NCBI GenBank assembly: GCA_963726575.1
Contig: CAVSCR010000005.1
Coordinates: 369,130-433,129 of the forward strand
Length of the DNA: 64,000 bases
Direction: 5' to 3'
Source of the DNA: an uncultured Actinomycetota bacterium
Lineage (GTDB): Bacteria > Actinomycetota > Actinomycetes > JAHEKZ01
Shown in pieces: positions 28,371-39,729 of this stretch. A program made the position numbers and the translations under genes. Below the pieces are notes generated by a model that did no database searches, was not told where the DNA came from, and saw only the letters and a program-made list of their open reading frames with translations. Every line of letters starts with the position of its first letter. Position 1 is the stretch's first letter.

Positions 28371-29383
28371 GCTGCGATCGGCACGACGAGTGGTCGCACC
28401 CGCGCAGTCCCGGCCGCCGCGACCATTCCTTCGGTCAACCAGCGCGTGCGCCGGCTGGCCGCGCGCCAACGCGCGGGATAGCGCTCGGGGTGGTGGCGCA
28501 CCACGCAGTCGATCGCCAACCGGGCACTGGTGAAACCGAGCGCGAGCCCCTCCCCCGTCAGAGCATCGAGGTAGCCGGCGGCGTCGCCGACGAACAGCGT
28601 GCGTTCGCAGACCAACGACGTCACGGGTTGCCACAACGGCCCGGCGCCGGCGACGGTCCCGATCTGCTCCGCCGTGCCGAGTCGATCGAGTAGCGCCGGA
28701 AACTGATCGAGCCGCTCTCGAAACGATCCGCTTCGGCGCGGACCGAGCAGGGCGACACCTACCAGGTCGTCGGCGACCGGCGTCACATAGGCCTCGGCGG
28801 TGTCGCCCCACGTCACCTCGACGTGGTCGCTCCACGGCGAGAGTGCGAAGTGAGCGCGCAGGCCGTACCTCGGACCTCGTCGGGGCCGGGTCGGAGTCAG
28901 TCCCAGCCGACGGCGCGCGGGCGAATGGAGCCCGTCGGCAGCCAGCACCCACCGCGGCCGCAGGCAAGCCCCGGATGCCAGCCGTACTTCCGGCTCTGGT
29001 CCCGGGACGAGGTCGACGACGCGGTCCCTGCACAGCTCGATCCCCAGCTCGGTGACCCGCGCAGCCAGGGCTCGATGCAGCTCGGTGCGTCTAACCCCGC
29101 GTCCGACGACGCCGTCGAAGGTCGCCGTGGCCGTCGTGGTCCCGACGGCGTCGAGGTAGCGGATCCCGACGAAGTCGTGCCCTACTGGGTCGACACCGAC
29201 GCCGTGCAGCGCGGCGAGTGCCGTCGGCATCACGCCCTCACCGCACGCCTTGTCGATCGGATCGACGCGCGGCTCGACCACGGACACCGTGAAGCCGGCC
29301 CGCTTGCCGTACAGCGCTGCCATCAGGCCGACCGGACCACCGCCGACCACCAACACGTCGGGCGAGAGCACCCCAGCCGTCAT
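28325..29383 (-). CDS. FAD-dependent oxidoreductase (geranylgeranyl-reductase / flavin monooxygenase family, SrsC-like)
   Basis: An N-terminal GxGxxG (VVGGGPVGLMAA) and a GD motif (FVGDAAGYLDALTGEG) are present. The ATG overlaps the upstream methyltransferase stop (ATGA). Confidence 0.75.
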   Translation of the reverse strand: MTAGVLSPDVLVVGGGPVGLMAALYGKRAGFTVSVVEPRVDPIDKACGEGVMPTALAALHGVGVDPVGHDFVGIRYLDAVGTTTATATFDGVVGRGVRRTELHRALAARVTELGIELCRDRVVDLVPGPEPEVRLASGACLRPRWVLAADGLHSPARRRLGLTPTRPRRGPRYGLRAHFALSPWSDHVEVTWGDTAEAYVTPVADDLVGVALLGPRRSGSFRERLDQFPALLDRLGTAEQIGTVAGAGPLWQPVTSLVCERTLFVGDAAGYLDALTGEGLALGFTSARLAIDCVVRHHPERYPARWRAASRRTRWLTEGMVAAAGTARVRPLVVPIAAHVPGVFSRAVRALA

Positions 29384-29901
29384 GGGCCGACGCCGGCGAG
29401 CGCGTCGTCCTCCACCGCGATCCGATGCCGCAACAGAACGGTGTCAAGCACCGTGAAGGCAACGGCGGTCACCACGGCGGTGTGCACCAAGGGCAGGGCG
29501 AACCCCTCGACCACGACCGCGACGTAGTTGGGGTGGCGCCAGTAGCGGTAGGGACCGGTGTCCACCAGCCCCATGCCTGGTACCACGACGATGCGCGTGT
29601 TCCAGCGTGGTCCCAGCGTGCGGATGCACCACCAGCGCAGGGCCTGGCTGCCGATCACCAACGCCAACATGGGCCACCCCAGCCAGGGCAGCCACGGCGG
29701 GTCGCTCCACCACACCTCGACCAGGCAGCCCACGAGCAACCCGACGTGCAGCAGCACCATCCAGCCGAAGTGCCCGGCGCCGTACTCGACTCCCCCACGC
29801 TCCAGGGACCAGCGCAGGTTGCGGCGCGCCACCACGAGCTCGACGAGCCGCTCCACCGCGACGGCGAGCACCAGGAGCGTGTACCAGCCGACCGACGTCA
29901 C
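29380..29901 (-). CDS. Isoprenylcysteine carboxyl methyltransferase (ICMT/PEMT)-family membrane methyltransferase (SrsB-like)
   Basis: The 173-aa multi-TM protein carries the ICMT C-terminal motif (VDTGPYRYWRHPNYVAVVVE). Confidence 0.7.
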   Translation of the reverse strand: MTSVGWYTLLVLAVAVERLVELVVARRNLRWSLERGGVEYGAGHFGWMVLLHVGLLVGCLVEVWWSDPPWLPWLGWPMLALVIGSQALRWWCIRTLGPRWNTRIVVVPGMGLVDTGPYRYWRHPNYVAVVVEGFALPLVHTAVVTAVAFTVLDTVLLRHRIAVEDDALAGVGP

Positions 29902-29927
29902 GGTTCTACCACTGGGCTACCACCGGA

Positions 29928-31004
29928 CTACCACTGTAGGAGCACCAGCTCAGAGCAGAATCCCGGACCCATCGCCAGCAGCAGTGCGGGCGTTCCGTCA
30001 CCCACCGGGAACCGTTGCATCGTCTGGGCCAGCACCTGCAGCACCGACGCCGACGACAAGTTCCCGACGTCGGCCAATGACTCCCACGTGATCGCGAAGT
30101 CGTCGTCGCTGCGTCCGACCGTGCGGGCCAACGCGCTCAGCACCTTGGGTCCACCCGGGTGCGCGATCCAGCGCTCGATGTCATCGATGTCGAGATCGTG
30201 CGCCGCGAGGAATCTCTTGACGTCGTCCCCCAGATGCTGTTCGACGATGTCGGCAACGGTGGGAGCGAGGACGACGCGGAACCCCGAGCCGCCGACGTCC
30301 CATCCCATGACCCGCTCGGTGTCGGGGTACAGACGCGAGCGCGAGTCGATGACGACAGGTCCAGACGCGCCGAGCTTCGCCGCGCGTCGCGCACCCACCA
30401 TCACGACGGCAGCTGCTCCGTCGCCGAACAACCCGCTCGCCACGAGATTGGCCGGCGACGGATCGTCGCGCTGCACGGTCAACGAGCAGAGCTCGACGCT
30501 GAGCAGCACCCCGACGTCGTCCGGGTGGCCGACCAGGTAGTCCGCGACCCGGGCCACGCCGGCAGCGCCTCCGACACAGCCAAGACCGAAGGCGGGGATC
30601 CGTCGAACGTCGTCCCGTAGCCCCGAGCGGGGCGCGAGTCGGGCCTCCAGGCCCGGAGCGGCCACGCCGGTCACCGTCGTCGTCATCACCAGGTCGACGT
30701 CCACGGCGGCGAGGCCCGCCTGCCCCAGGGCGTCGTCGAGAGCGGCCTGAGCGAGGTCGAGCCCGACGCGCAGGAACGCGTCGTTGGCCGCGCCGAACCC
30801 AGCCAGCTGCGGGTACTCCTCCAGCGACAAAGCCAGGTGCCGCTGCCGCACCCCGGTGGCAGCGTGCAGCCGCTCCAGTCGGGCGCGATCACGGGGATCA
30901 GGCGTCACCAGCTCACCGAAGGCCGCCGTGATCTGCGCCTGCGGGTAGGTGTGATCGCCCAGCGTGGTGCCGACCGAGACGATCACCGGAGCGTCGGTGG
31001 GCAT
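29928..31004 (-). CDS. Type III polyketide synthase (chalcone-synthase-like, SrsA/ArsB-like)
   Basis: A CHS-like fold is present, with the catalytic Cys in GLGCVGGAAG and GFGPG-like C-terminal motifs. The start is assigned to MPTDAPVIVSVGTT. Confidence 0.85.
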   Translation of the reverse strand: MPTDAPVIVSVGTTLGDHTYPQAQITAAFGELVTPDPRDRARLERLHAATGVRQRHLALSLEEYPQLAGFGAANDAFLRVGLDLAQAALDDALGQAGLAAVDVDLVMTTTVTGVAAPGLEARLAPRSGLRDDVRRIPAFGLGCVGGAAGVARVADYLVGHPDDVGVLLSVELCSLTVQRDDPSPANLVASGLFGDGAAAVVMVGARRAAKLGASGPVVIDSRSRLYPDTERVMGWDVGGSGFRVVLAPTVADIVEQHLGDDVKRFLAAHDLDIDDIERWIAHPGGPKVLSALARTVGRSDDDFAITWESLADVGNLSSASVLQVLAQTMQRFPVGDGTPALLLAMGPGFCSELVLLQW

Positions 31005-31132
31005 GACGGCATCGTCGCACGCCCCTTGGAGACGCACCTGCCGGCGGCTCCCCCGGCCGTGCGAACAACGCGTTTCGCCGTCCGGGCTCCGTCGTAACGA
31101 TTTCGGAACGGCACCCCTGAGAAGATCGCCGG

Positions 31133-32251
31133 GTGAGACGTGCGGTGACACTGCGGTGGGTCAGTGCCCTGATCGCCACGGTCACCACAGCGTTCCTGAT
31201 CTTCGCGGCCGCCAGCGACCCTGCGACGAACGGCTGGCTCGTCGCTTGGCTGGGCTACCTCGTCGTGGGAACGCTGCTCATCTGGCGTCGGCCGGACAAC
31301 CGGATCGGGTGGTGGTTGTTGGCCGTCGGGGTGTCGTTCGTGGCGGGTGGTCTCTATTACGGCGCCGCCTACGTCTTCACGGATTCGACGCCGGCGCTGG
31401 TCACGGCTCTGGGGCAGCCGCTGCAGGCTCTGGGGTGGTTGGCGCTGGCCACGTTGGTCACCCTCTTCCCGACCGGACGCGTCACCACCGGCCCGCAGCT
31501 TGGCTTGCTTCGCCTGATCGGTGGCGTCGGAGTCGTCGTGTCCATCGCCCTCGTCGTCGACGTTCATGCGGCTCAGCAGGGACGGCACAATCCCCTGGGC
31601 GTCCCAGCCCTGAAGCCGTTCACCTCGTTCGTGGTCGACCGCGGATTTGCGATCGTCCCGCTGTTGCTGCTGGCGTCGTTGGTGAGCCTGGCGTTGCGTT
31701 GGCGACGCAGCGTGGGTGTCGAGCGGCTGCAGTTTCGCTGGCTGGCGTGGGCGTTGGGAGTGTGTCTGCTGGGGGTCCTGGTCGTGTGGCTGGGCCAGTT
31801 CTCCGGCCCATTCCTGCTGGTCGGGCTGGCCGCCTTCAACGCCATCCCGATCGCCGTGGGGGTCGCCGTCACCCGCTACCAGCTCTTCAACATCGACCGC
31901 ATCATCAGCCGCACTGCCTCCTACGCGATCGTCACCGGCCTGCTGCTGGCCACCTACGCCGCGGTCGCAGCGTCGATCTCGGCCGTCATGGGGAGCGGAT
32001 CGACGCTGGCGGTTGCGGCCGCGACGTTGACCGCGGCAGCCGTTGCCCGACCCGTCCTACGCCGAGTCCAGGAAGTCGTCGACCGACGATTCAATCGATC
32101 GCGCTATGACGCCCTGCGCACCGTCGATGCCTTCGGGACCCGATTGCGCCACCAGGTCGACCCCCACCACGTCACTGACGACCTCGTCACCGTTGTCAGC
32201 ACCACGCTGCAGCCGCACCACATCGCTGTCTGGGTTCGACAACCGAGCTGA
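31133..32251 (+). CDS. Integral membrane protein with sensor-like N-terminal domain (no kinase/output domain)
   Basis: Six to eight TM helices are followed by a coiled region (RYQLFNIDRIISRTASY...RRFNRSRYDA) resembling the membrane-sensor portion of histidine kinases. No HisKA/HATPase domain is present. Confidence 0.4.
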   Translation: MRRAVTLRWVSALIATVTTAFLIFAAASDPATNGWLVAWLGYLVVGTLLIWRRPDNRIGWWLLAVGVSFVAGGLYYGAAYVFTDSTPALVTALGQPLQALGWLALATLVTLFPTGRVTTGPQLGLLRLIGGVGVVVSIALVVDVHAAQQGRHNPLGVPALKPFTSFVVDRGFAIVPLLLLASLVSLALRWRRSVGVERLQFRWLAWALGVCLLGVLVVWLGQFSGPFLLVGLAAFNAIPIAVGVAVTRYQLFNIDRIISRTASYAIVTGLLLATYAAVAASISAVMGSGSTLAVAAATLTAAAVARPVLRRVQEVVDRRFNRSRYDALRTVDAFGTRLRHQVDPHHVTDDLVTVVSTTLQPHHIAVWVRQPS

Positions 32252-32279
32252 GCTGAGCCCAGCTGGCCCCTGAACACGC

Positions 32280-35186
<2,907 letters not shown>

Positions 35187-35194
35187 GGGTGAGG

Positions 35195-35425
35195 CCCTCT
35201 TCCGGTGCGGGTCTGCTCCGCGGGCCTCCCCCTCTGTCATCGGCACCTGAGAGGTTCCCAAGGCGCGACCGGTCGGGTCGCGCCGTTGGTTGCACCGTCG
35301 GTGGGGTCGGGTGACCCGCTTTCCAGAGGCGCCTCGCCCGTGCGGTCCTGGGGCCTGAGAGGTTCCGGGGAGGGTTGCTCCTTCGGCGCCCCCGCTGGCG
35401 GCGAGGGACTCTCCCGTACGGGTTT
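35195..35425 (-). promoter_or_regulatory. Tandem glycine riboswitch (two aptamers) in gcvP leader
   Basis: Read on the minus strand, aptamer 1 contains GGAGAG...GCGCCGAAGGAGCAAC...CTCTCAGGCCCCAGGACCG. Aptamer 2 contains CTCTGGAAAG...CACCGACGGTGCAA...CTCTCAGGTGCCGATGACAGAGGG. Both match the conserved glycine-riboswitch cores. Confidence 0.75.
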
Positions 35426-35481
35426 GTCGGCGCGGTCAGTCTAGGCGACGCCCAGCGCGAGCGACGCGTCCGAAAGCGTGG

Positions 35482-36123
35482 TCAGCCGGCGTGGCGAGCG
35501 CGACGTCGCGCGGCGAGCTCGTCGCCGGGGTGCGCCTCCTCAGTATCGGACTCGGCCCGCTCCCCCGGCAGCGCGGCCAGGGTGCCCTCGACCTCACGCC
35601 AGACCCGTCCGACGGCAATGCCGAACACGCCCTGTCCGCCTTGCACGAGGTCGATGACCTCGTCGGCCGAGGTGCATTCGTAGACCGAGGCGCCGTCGCT
35701 CATCAGGGTGATCTGGGCCAGGTCGTCTACGCCGCGTTCGCGCAGGTGCATCACGGCCGTGCGGATCTGCTGCAACGAGACACCGGTGTCGAGCAACCGC
35801 TTGACGATCTTCAGCACCAGCACGTCACGGAAGCTGTAGAGGCGCTGCGTGCCGGAACCGGCGGCGGGTCGGATGCCGGGCTCCACCAGCCCGGTGCGGG
35901 CCCAGTAGTCCAACTGCCGGTAGGTGATGCCGGCGGCTGCGCACGCGGTCGGCCCGCGGTAGCCGATGTCCTCGGGAAGGCTCACCTGTTCGCCGAACAG
36001 CAACCCCTGCTCACCCGCGCGACGGACCGCCTGCGCATGGGCCTGCGGGTCGACGACGAGGCCGTCACCGCCGTGAGGGGTGTCTCCAGTGCTGCTCACG
36101 CCGGCCTCCCGCTGCCAAGTCAC
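35482..36123 (-). CDS. MerR-family transcriptional regulator (Rv1830-like)
   Basis: A MerR HTH is present (IGYRGPTACAAAGITYRQLDYWARTGLVEP). It sits in the conserved gcvH-garA-MerR-DUF151-MerR block. Confidence 0.75.
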   Translation of the reverse strand: MTWQREAGVSSTGDTPHGGDGLVVDPQAHAQAVRRAGEQGLLFGEQVSLPEDIGYRGPTACAAAGITYRQLDYWARTGLVEPGIRPAAGSGTQRLYSFRDVLVLKIVKRLLDTGVSLQQIRTAVMHLRERGVDDLAQITLMSDGASVYECTSADEVIDLVQGGQGVFGIAVGRVWREVEGTLAALPGERAESDTEEAHPGDELAARRRARHAG

Positions 36124-36250
36124 ACCGGTGGAAGTTACCGACGTGTGATGCCGACGGTAAGGCGCCTGACCAGGCCCGTCAACGCACCCGGCCCCGACAC
36201 GCCGGGCCGACTGTGACCGAGCCTCAACTCACCCTTGAGGGTTGCTGGCC

Positions 36251-36751
36251 TCAATCATCGGTTGAGGGTTCTGGCGGCGCCGAGCCGGTCTCGAAGTCCT
36301 CCGGGGAGATCTGGTCCAGGAACTCCCGGAACCGTTCGACCTCGTCCTCCTGCTCGTCGGGGATGATGATGCCCGCCTCGTCGAGCACCTCGTCCACCCC
36401 GAAGATCGCGGTGCCGGTGCGGAGGGCCAGGGCGATCGCGTCGGACGGTCGGGCGCTGACCACGGTGCCGTCGCCGAAGTGGAGCTCGGCGTAGAAGACA
36501 CCGTCGCGCAGATCGGTCACCCGCACCTGCGTCAGCGGGCGGTCCAGGGCCGTGAGGACGTCGCGCAGCAGGTCATGGGTCAGCGGTCGGGCGGGAACGA
36601 CGCCCTGCTGGGCAAAGGCGATGGCGCTGGCCTCCGCGGCCCCGATCCAGATCGGCAGGTAGCGCTCCCCCTCGACCTCGCGCAACAGCACGATCGGATT
36701 GTTCGAGGGCATCTCGACCCGGACTCCGACGACGTCGAGTTGGCGCATCAC
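36251..36751 (-). CDS. Bifunctional nuclease family protein (DUF151, Rv1829-like)
   Basis: The DUF151 core is present (VGVRVEMPSNNPIVLLREVEGERYLPIWIGAAEASAIA). Confidence 0.75.
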   Translation of the reverse strand: MMRQLDVVGVRVEMPSNNPIVLLREVEGERYLPIWIGAAEASAIAFAQQGVVPARPLTHDLLRDVLTALDRPLTQVRVTDLRDGVFYAELHFGDGTVVSARPSDAIALALRTGTAIFGVDEVLDEAGIIIPDEQEDEVERFREFLDQISPEDFETGSAPPEPSTDD

Positions 36752-36757
36752 GCCACC

Positions 36758-36817
36758 CTAACTGCGTAGAGCCGAATCAACTGCGCGGAGCCGAATCAAC
36801 TGCGCAGAGCGGAATCC
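36758..36817 (-). repeat. Three tandem ~19-nt copies of the stop-codon region at the MerR(Rv1828-like)/DUF151 junction
   Basis: Read on the minus strand, the copies are ttccgctctgcgcagTTGA, ttcggctccgcgcagTTGA and ttcggctctacgcagTTAG. Each ends in an in-frame stop, and the first copy is the natural gene end (..DSALRS*). Confidence 0.6.
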
Positions 36818-37533
36818 AGCTGAGCCTTGACCAGCGCGGCATGCAGCCGCACCGATAACGCCGCCAGCTCCCGCACCGTCTCCTGGGCGCGGGCCTGGGC
36901 ATCGGCACCGCGCTGACGCGCCATGGGGGTCACGACCTGCTCCACCAGGCCGACCTCGCGCTCGGCTGCTGACTTGAAGGCCCGAAGGTGTCGCGGCTCG
37001 ATCCCGTAGGCGGCCATCTCGGCCGCTGCGCGGGCGATCATGAGCGCCCCGCCGTCGTAGTGCTGACTCCCCGAGCGGCGCTGCACGAGCCCGTAGTCGC
37101 ACAGCTGGTCGAGCAGGGCGGGGTCGATTCCCGCCGCGGTCACGAGCTCCTCGTGGGACAGCCGGAGCTCGGTGACGTCGTGCGCGAATGACTCTGCGGT
37201 GGGCAAGCCGTCGGAGGCCACCACCGACATCGGGACGCGCGGGGCTCCGCCGGGGCTCTCCGGTGGCTCGAGTCCCCGGTCGATGGCCTCGAGGTGGGCC
37301 TTGATCACCTTCAGCGGCAGGTACTGGTCACGTTGTGCACCGAGGACGTAGCGCAAGCGCTGCAGGTCGTTGCTGGTGAACTTGCGATAGCCCGACGGCG
37401 TGCGCTGCGGCTCGACCAGGCCCTCGGACTCCAGGAACCGGATCTTGGAGATCGTCACGTCGGGGAAGTCCGGCCGCAGCTTGGCCAGCACTTCACCGAT
37501 GCTCATGTAGGCACGGGCCGGCACTGCACTCAC
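36796..37533 (-). CDS. MerR-family transcriptional regulator (Rv1828-like)
   Basis: A MerR HTH is present (MSIGEVLAKLRPDFPDVTISKIRFLESEGLVEP) on a ~245-aa product. Confidence 0.75.
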   Translation of the reverse strand: MSAVPARAYMSIGEVLAKLRPDFPDVTISKIRFLESEGLVEPQRTPSGYRKFTSNDLQRLRYVLGAQRDQYLPLKVIKAHLEAIDRGLEPPESPGGAPRVPMSVVASDGLPTAESFAHDVTELRLSHEELVTAAGIDPALLDQLCDYGLVQRRSGSQHYDGGALMIARAAAEMAAYGIEPRHLRAFKSAAEREVGLVEQVVTPMARQRGADAQARAQETVRELAALSVRLHAALVKAQLDSALRS

Positions 37534-38105
37534 GTTGCCTCCCCCTCCGTGTGGCCCGCCGCGACGAAAACCATGCGGAACTTGCCGATCTGCACCACGT
37601 CACCGGTCGTCAGCGGGGCGTCGTCGACGCGAGTGCGATTGAGGTAGGTGCCGTTCAGGCTGCCGACGTCGCACAACGAAAAGGTGTCGCCGTCGCGGCG
37701 GAACTCCGCGTGACGACGGGACACGGTGATGTCGTCCAGGAAGATGTCGGAGTCGGCACCGCGTCCGGCGGTCACCCGCGCGGCATCGAGCAGGAACAGC
37801 GCACCCGCGGCCGACCCGCCCTGGGCGATCAGCAGGGCCTGCCCCGGCTGCAGGCGGTCCACGACGTCGGCGTCGATCCCCAGCGCCTCCCAACCGACGG
37901 CCTCGGCCAAAGCATCGGGTTCGGCCGCCGGCTCCGCGGTCGACGCCCCCGGTTCGGACAGCGAGATCCGGCTGGTCACCTCGATGGCCGACTCCCCGGG
38001 CTCGGCGGGCTGGCGCAGCTGGCTGGACATCGGCGCGCCGCACGAGGGGCAGAACCGGGCCGCGGGTTCTGCGGTGTCGAAGCCGCAGCGCGGACAGACG
38101 GACAT
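37530..38105 (-). CDS. garA: FHA-domain protein GarA/OdhI homolog with extra N-terminal zinc-ribbon
   Basis: The C-terminal FHA domain is nearly identical to GarA (GRGADSDIFLDDITVSRRHAEF...GSLNGTYLNR...QIGKFRMVF). The N-terminus carries CPRCG-x11-CPSCG. A possible alternative start is the Met at 38030. Confidence 0.75.
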   Translation of the reverse strand: MSVCPRCGFDTAEPAARFCPSCGAPMSSQLRQPAEPGESAIEVTSRISLSEPGASTAEPAAEPDALAEAVGWEALGIDADVVDRLQPGQALLIAQGGSAAGALFLLDAARVTAGRGADSDIFLDDITVSRRHAEFRRDGDTFSLCDVGSLNGTYLNRTRVDDAPLTTGDVVQIGKFRMVFVAAGHTEGEAT

Positions 38106-38200
38106 GACGCCGGCCTAACTATGGAGGTGAAGTGGAGGGTGAGGCGACGAACCTACGGCGTCGGCGGCGGCCGGTCAACCGGTTCGCCGATCTCCGAAGT

Positions 38201-38584
38201 CTAGGAGGCCGCCACGTGCGCCGTATAGGCGGCCGCGTCCAGCAGTCCGTCCAGGACTCCCGCATCGGCGAGCGACACCTCGACCATCCACCCGTCCCCG
38301 TACGGGTCGGAGTTGACCAGCTCGGGGTTGGCCTCCAACGCGTCGTTGCGCGCGATGACCGTGCCCGACACGGGCGCGTAGAGGTCGCTCACGCTCTTGC
38401 TCGACTCCACCTCGCCACACGTCTGACCCGCCGTGAGGTCGTCCCCCGATCCGGGCAGTGCCACGTAGACGACGTCGCCGAGCGCCTCCTGGGCGTAGTC
38501 GGTGATCCCGAACCGCACCGTGCCGTCGTCGGTCACCCGCACCCATTCGTGCTCGGCGGTGTACTTCAGGTCCTCCGGATACAC
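38201..38584 (-). CDS. gcvH: Glycine cleavage system H protein
   Basis: The lipoyl-lysine motif (EVESSKSVSDLYAPVSG) is present with full-length GcvH similarity. Confidence 0.9.
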   Translation of the reverse strand: MYPEDLKYTAEHEWVRVTDDGTVRFGITDYAQEALGDVVYVALPGSGDDLTAGQTCGEVESSKSVSDLYAPVSGTVIARNDALEANPELVNSDPYGDGWMVEVSLADAGVLDGLLDAAAYTAHVAAS

Positions 38585-38636
38585 GGGTGGTCCCTTCGGG
38601 GGGCTGGTCGCTGCGGGCTGGTGGCTGCGGGCTGCG

Positions 38637-39404
38637 CTACGGGGTGGCGCCCGGCGAAGCGTACTGAGGCGCCGGGAGCGGCTTCAAGGCGTCCACGGTC
38701 ACCTGGCTGCGTTGAGCGACCGTGCCGACCGCGTCGACTCGCGCCAGCGACTGCAGCACGCCGCCCGGAATCGACAACGCCGACGCCAAGGTGGCCGGGT
38801 CCCCGATCGCCCGCACCTCGTACGGGGGCGACAGCAGCCGACCGTCGCCGCTGACGCCTCCGGCCTCGTCCAGGAAGTACGTGTCCGCCACGACCCGCAG
38901 GTCGTTCACCTGGATCGCCTCGGCGCCGGCGTCACGCAGCTCCGTCACGATCTCGATCATCGTGGTTGCATCGACGCCGCCGCGTGGGTCGGCGATCGTC
39001 AGGACGACGCCGGGACCCTGGGCCGGGATCGTGCCGGCGAGGATCCCCAAGGTCTGGAGCCGTTCCTTGGCCAGGCTCAGGGCCGCCGCCTGTTGGCCGG
39101 CGCCGCCGACCAGCGCAGCCCGTTCGAGCTCGAGGCGTTGAGCCTCGGCGCTGAGCTGGTCCGACCGTTGGCTGAGGCCGTCGAGGATGCCAACCAGGTC
39201 GGTGCTGCTCGCTGTGTCGAGCGCCACCGCACCACGGGTGGAGCGCAGCTGCAGCGCAACGGCGAAGCCCAGCGCCACGCACAAGATCCCGACCGTGATC
39301 TGGGCCAGCGTGGCGCGCGGCTTGAGCGTGGACCGGACGCGTCGCCACTCGATGCTCGTCTGGCTCGTCTGGCTCGTCTGGCCCGTCACTGGGGACTCAG
39401 CCAT
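38637..39404 (-). CDS. DUF881-domain membrane protein (Rv1825-like)
   Basis: A TM anchor is followed by a coiled-coil and a DUF881 C-terminal domain (PPYEVRAIGDPATLASAL). The start is assigned to MAESPVTG. Confidence 0.7.
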   Translation of the reverse strand: MAESPVTGQTSQTSQTSIEWRRVRSTLKPRATLAQITVGILCVALGFAVALQLRSTRGAVALDTASSTDLVGILDGLSQRSDQLSAEAQRLELERAALVGGAGQQAAALSLAKERLQTLGILAGTIPAQGPGVVLTIADPRGGVDATTMIEIVTELRDAGAEAIQVNDLRVVADTYFLDEAGGVSGDGRLLSPPYEVRAIGDPATLASALSIPGGVLQSLARVDAVGTVAQRSQVTVDALKPLPAPQYASPGATP

Positions 39405-39729
39405 GGAACAACCGCCGTCGGATCGCGGCCGCGTTGGCGAAGATCCGGATGGACAGCACGACCACGACACCCGTGGACAGCTGCGTACCAACGCCGAGCT
39501 GGTCACCCAGGAAGACGATGACGGCTGCCACGCTGACGTTGCCGATGAACGAGATCACGAACACGCGGTCGTCGAACACGCCCTCGATCAACGCCCGGAA
39601 GCCACCGAAGATCGCATCCAGCGCGGCAACGATGGCGATCGGCAGGTAGGGCTGCAGCCACAGCGGAACGATGGGGTGGACCACGAGACCGAGCACGATG
39701 CCGACGAGCAGGCCGAGGACGGCGATCAC
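39397..39729 (-). CDS. sbp: Small basic protein Sbp (DUF1290, Rv1824-like)
   Basis: The 110-aa membrane protein has conserved placement between two DUF881 genes. Confidence 0.65.
   Translation of the reverse strand: MIAVLGLLVGIVLGLVVHPIVPLWLQPYLPIAIVAALDAIFGGFRALIEGVFDDRVFVISFIGNVSVAAVIVFLGDQLGVGTQLSTGVVVVLSIRIFANAAAIRRRLFHG

Noticed and set aside
39361-39400. Tandem 9-nt repeat (ggctcgtct x3) suggestive of a microsatellite
   Set aside because: It lies inside the N-terminal region of the DUF881 ORF and encodes a QTSQTSQTS tripeptide repeat upstream of the likely true start. It is probably a coding/leader repeat with no independent feature.
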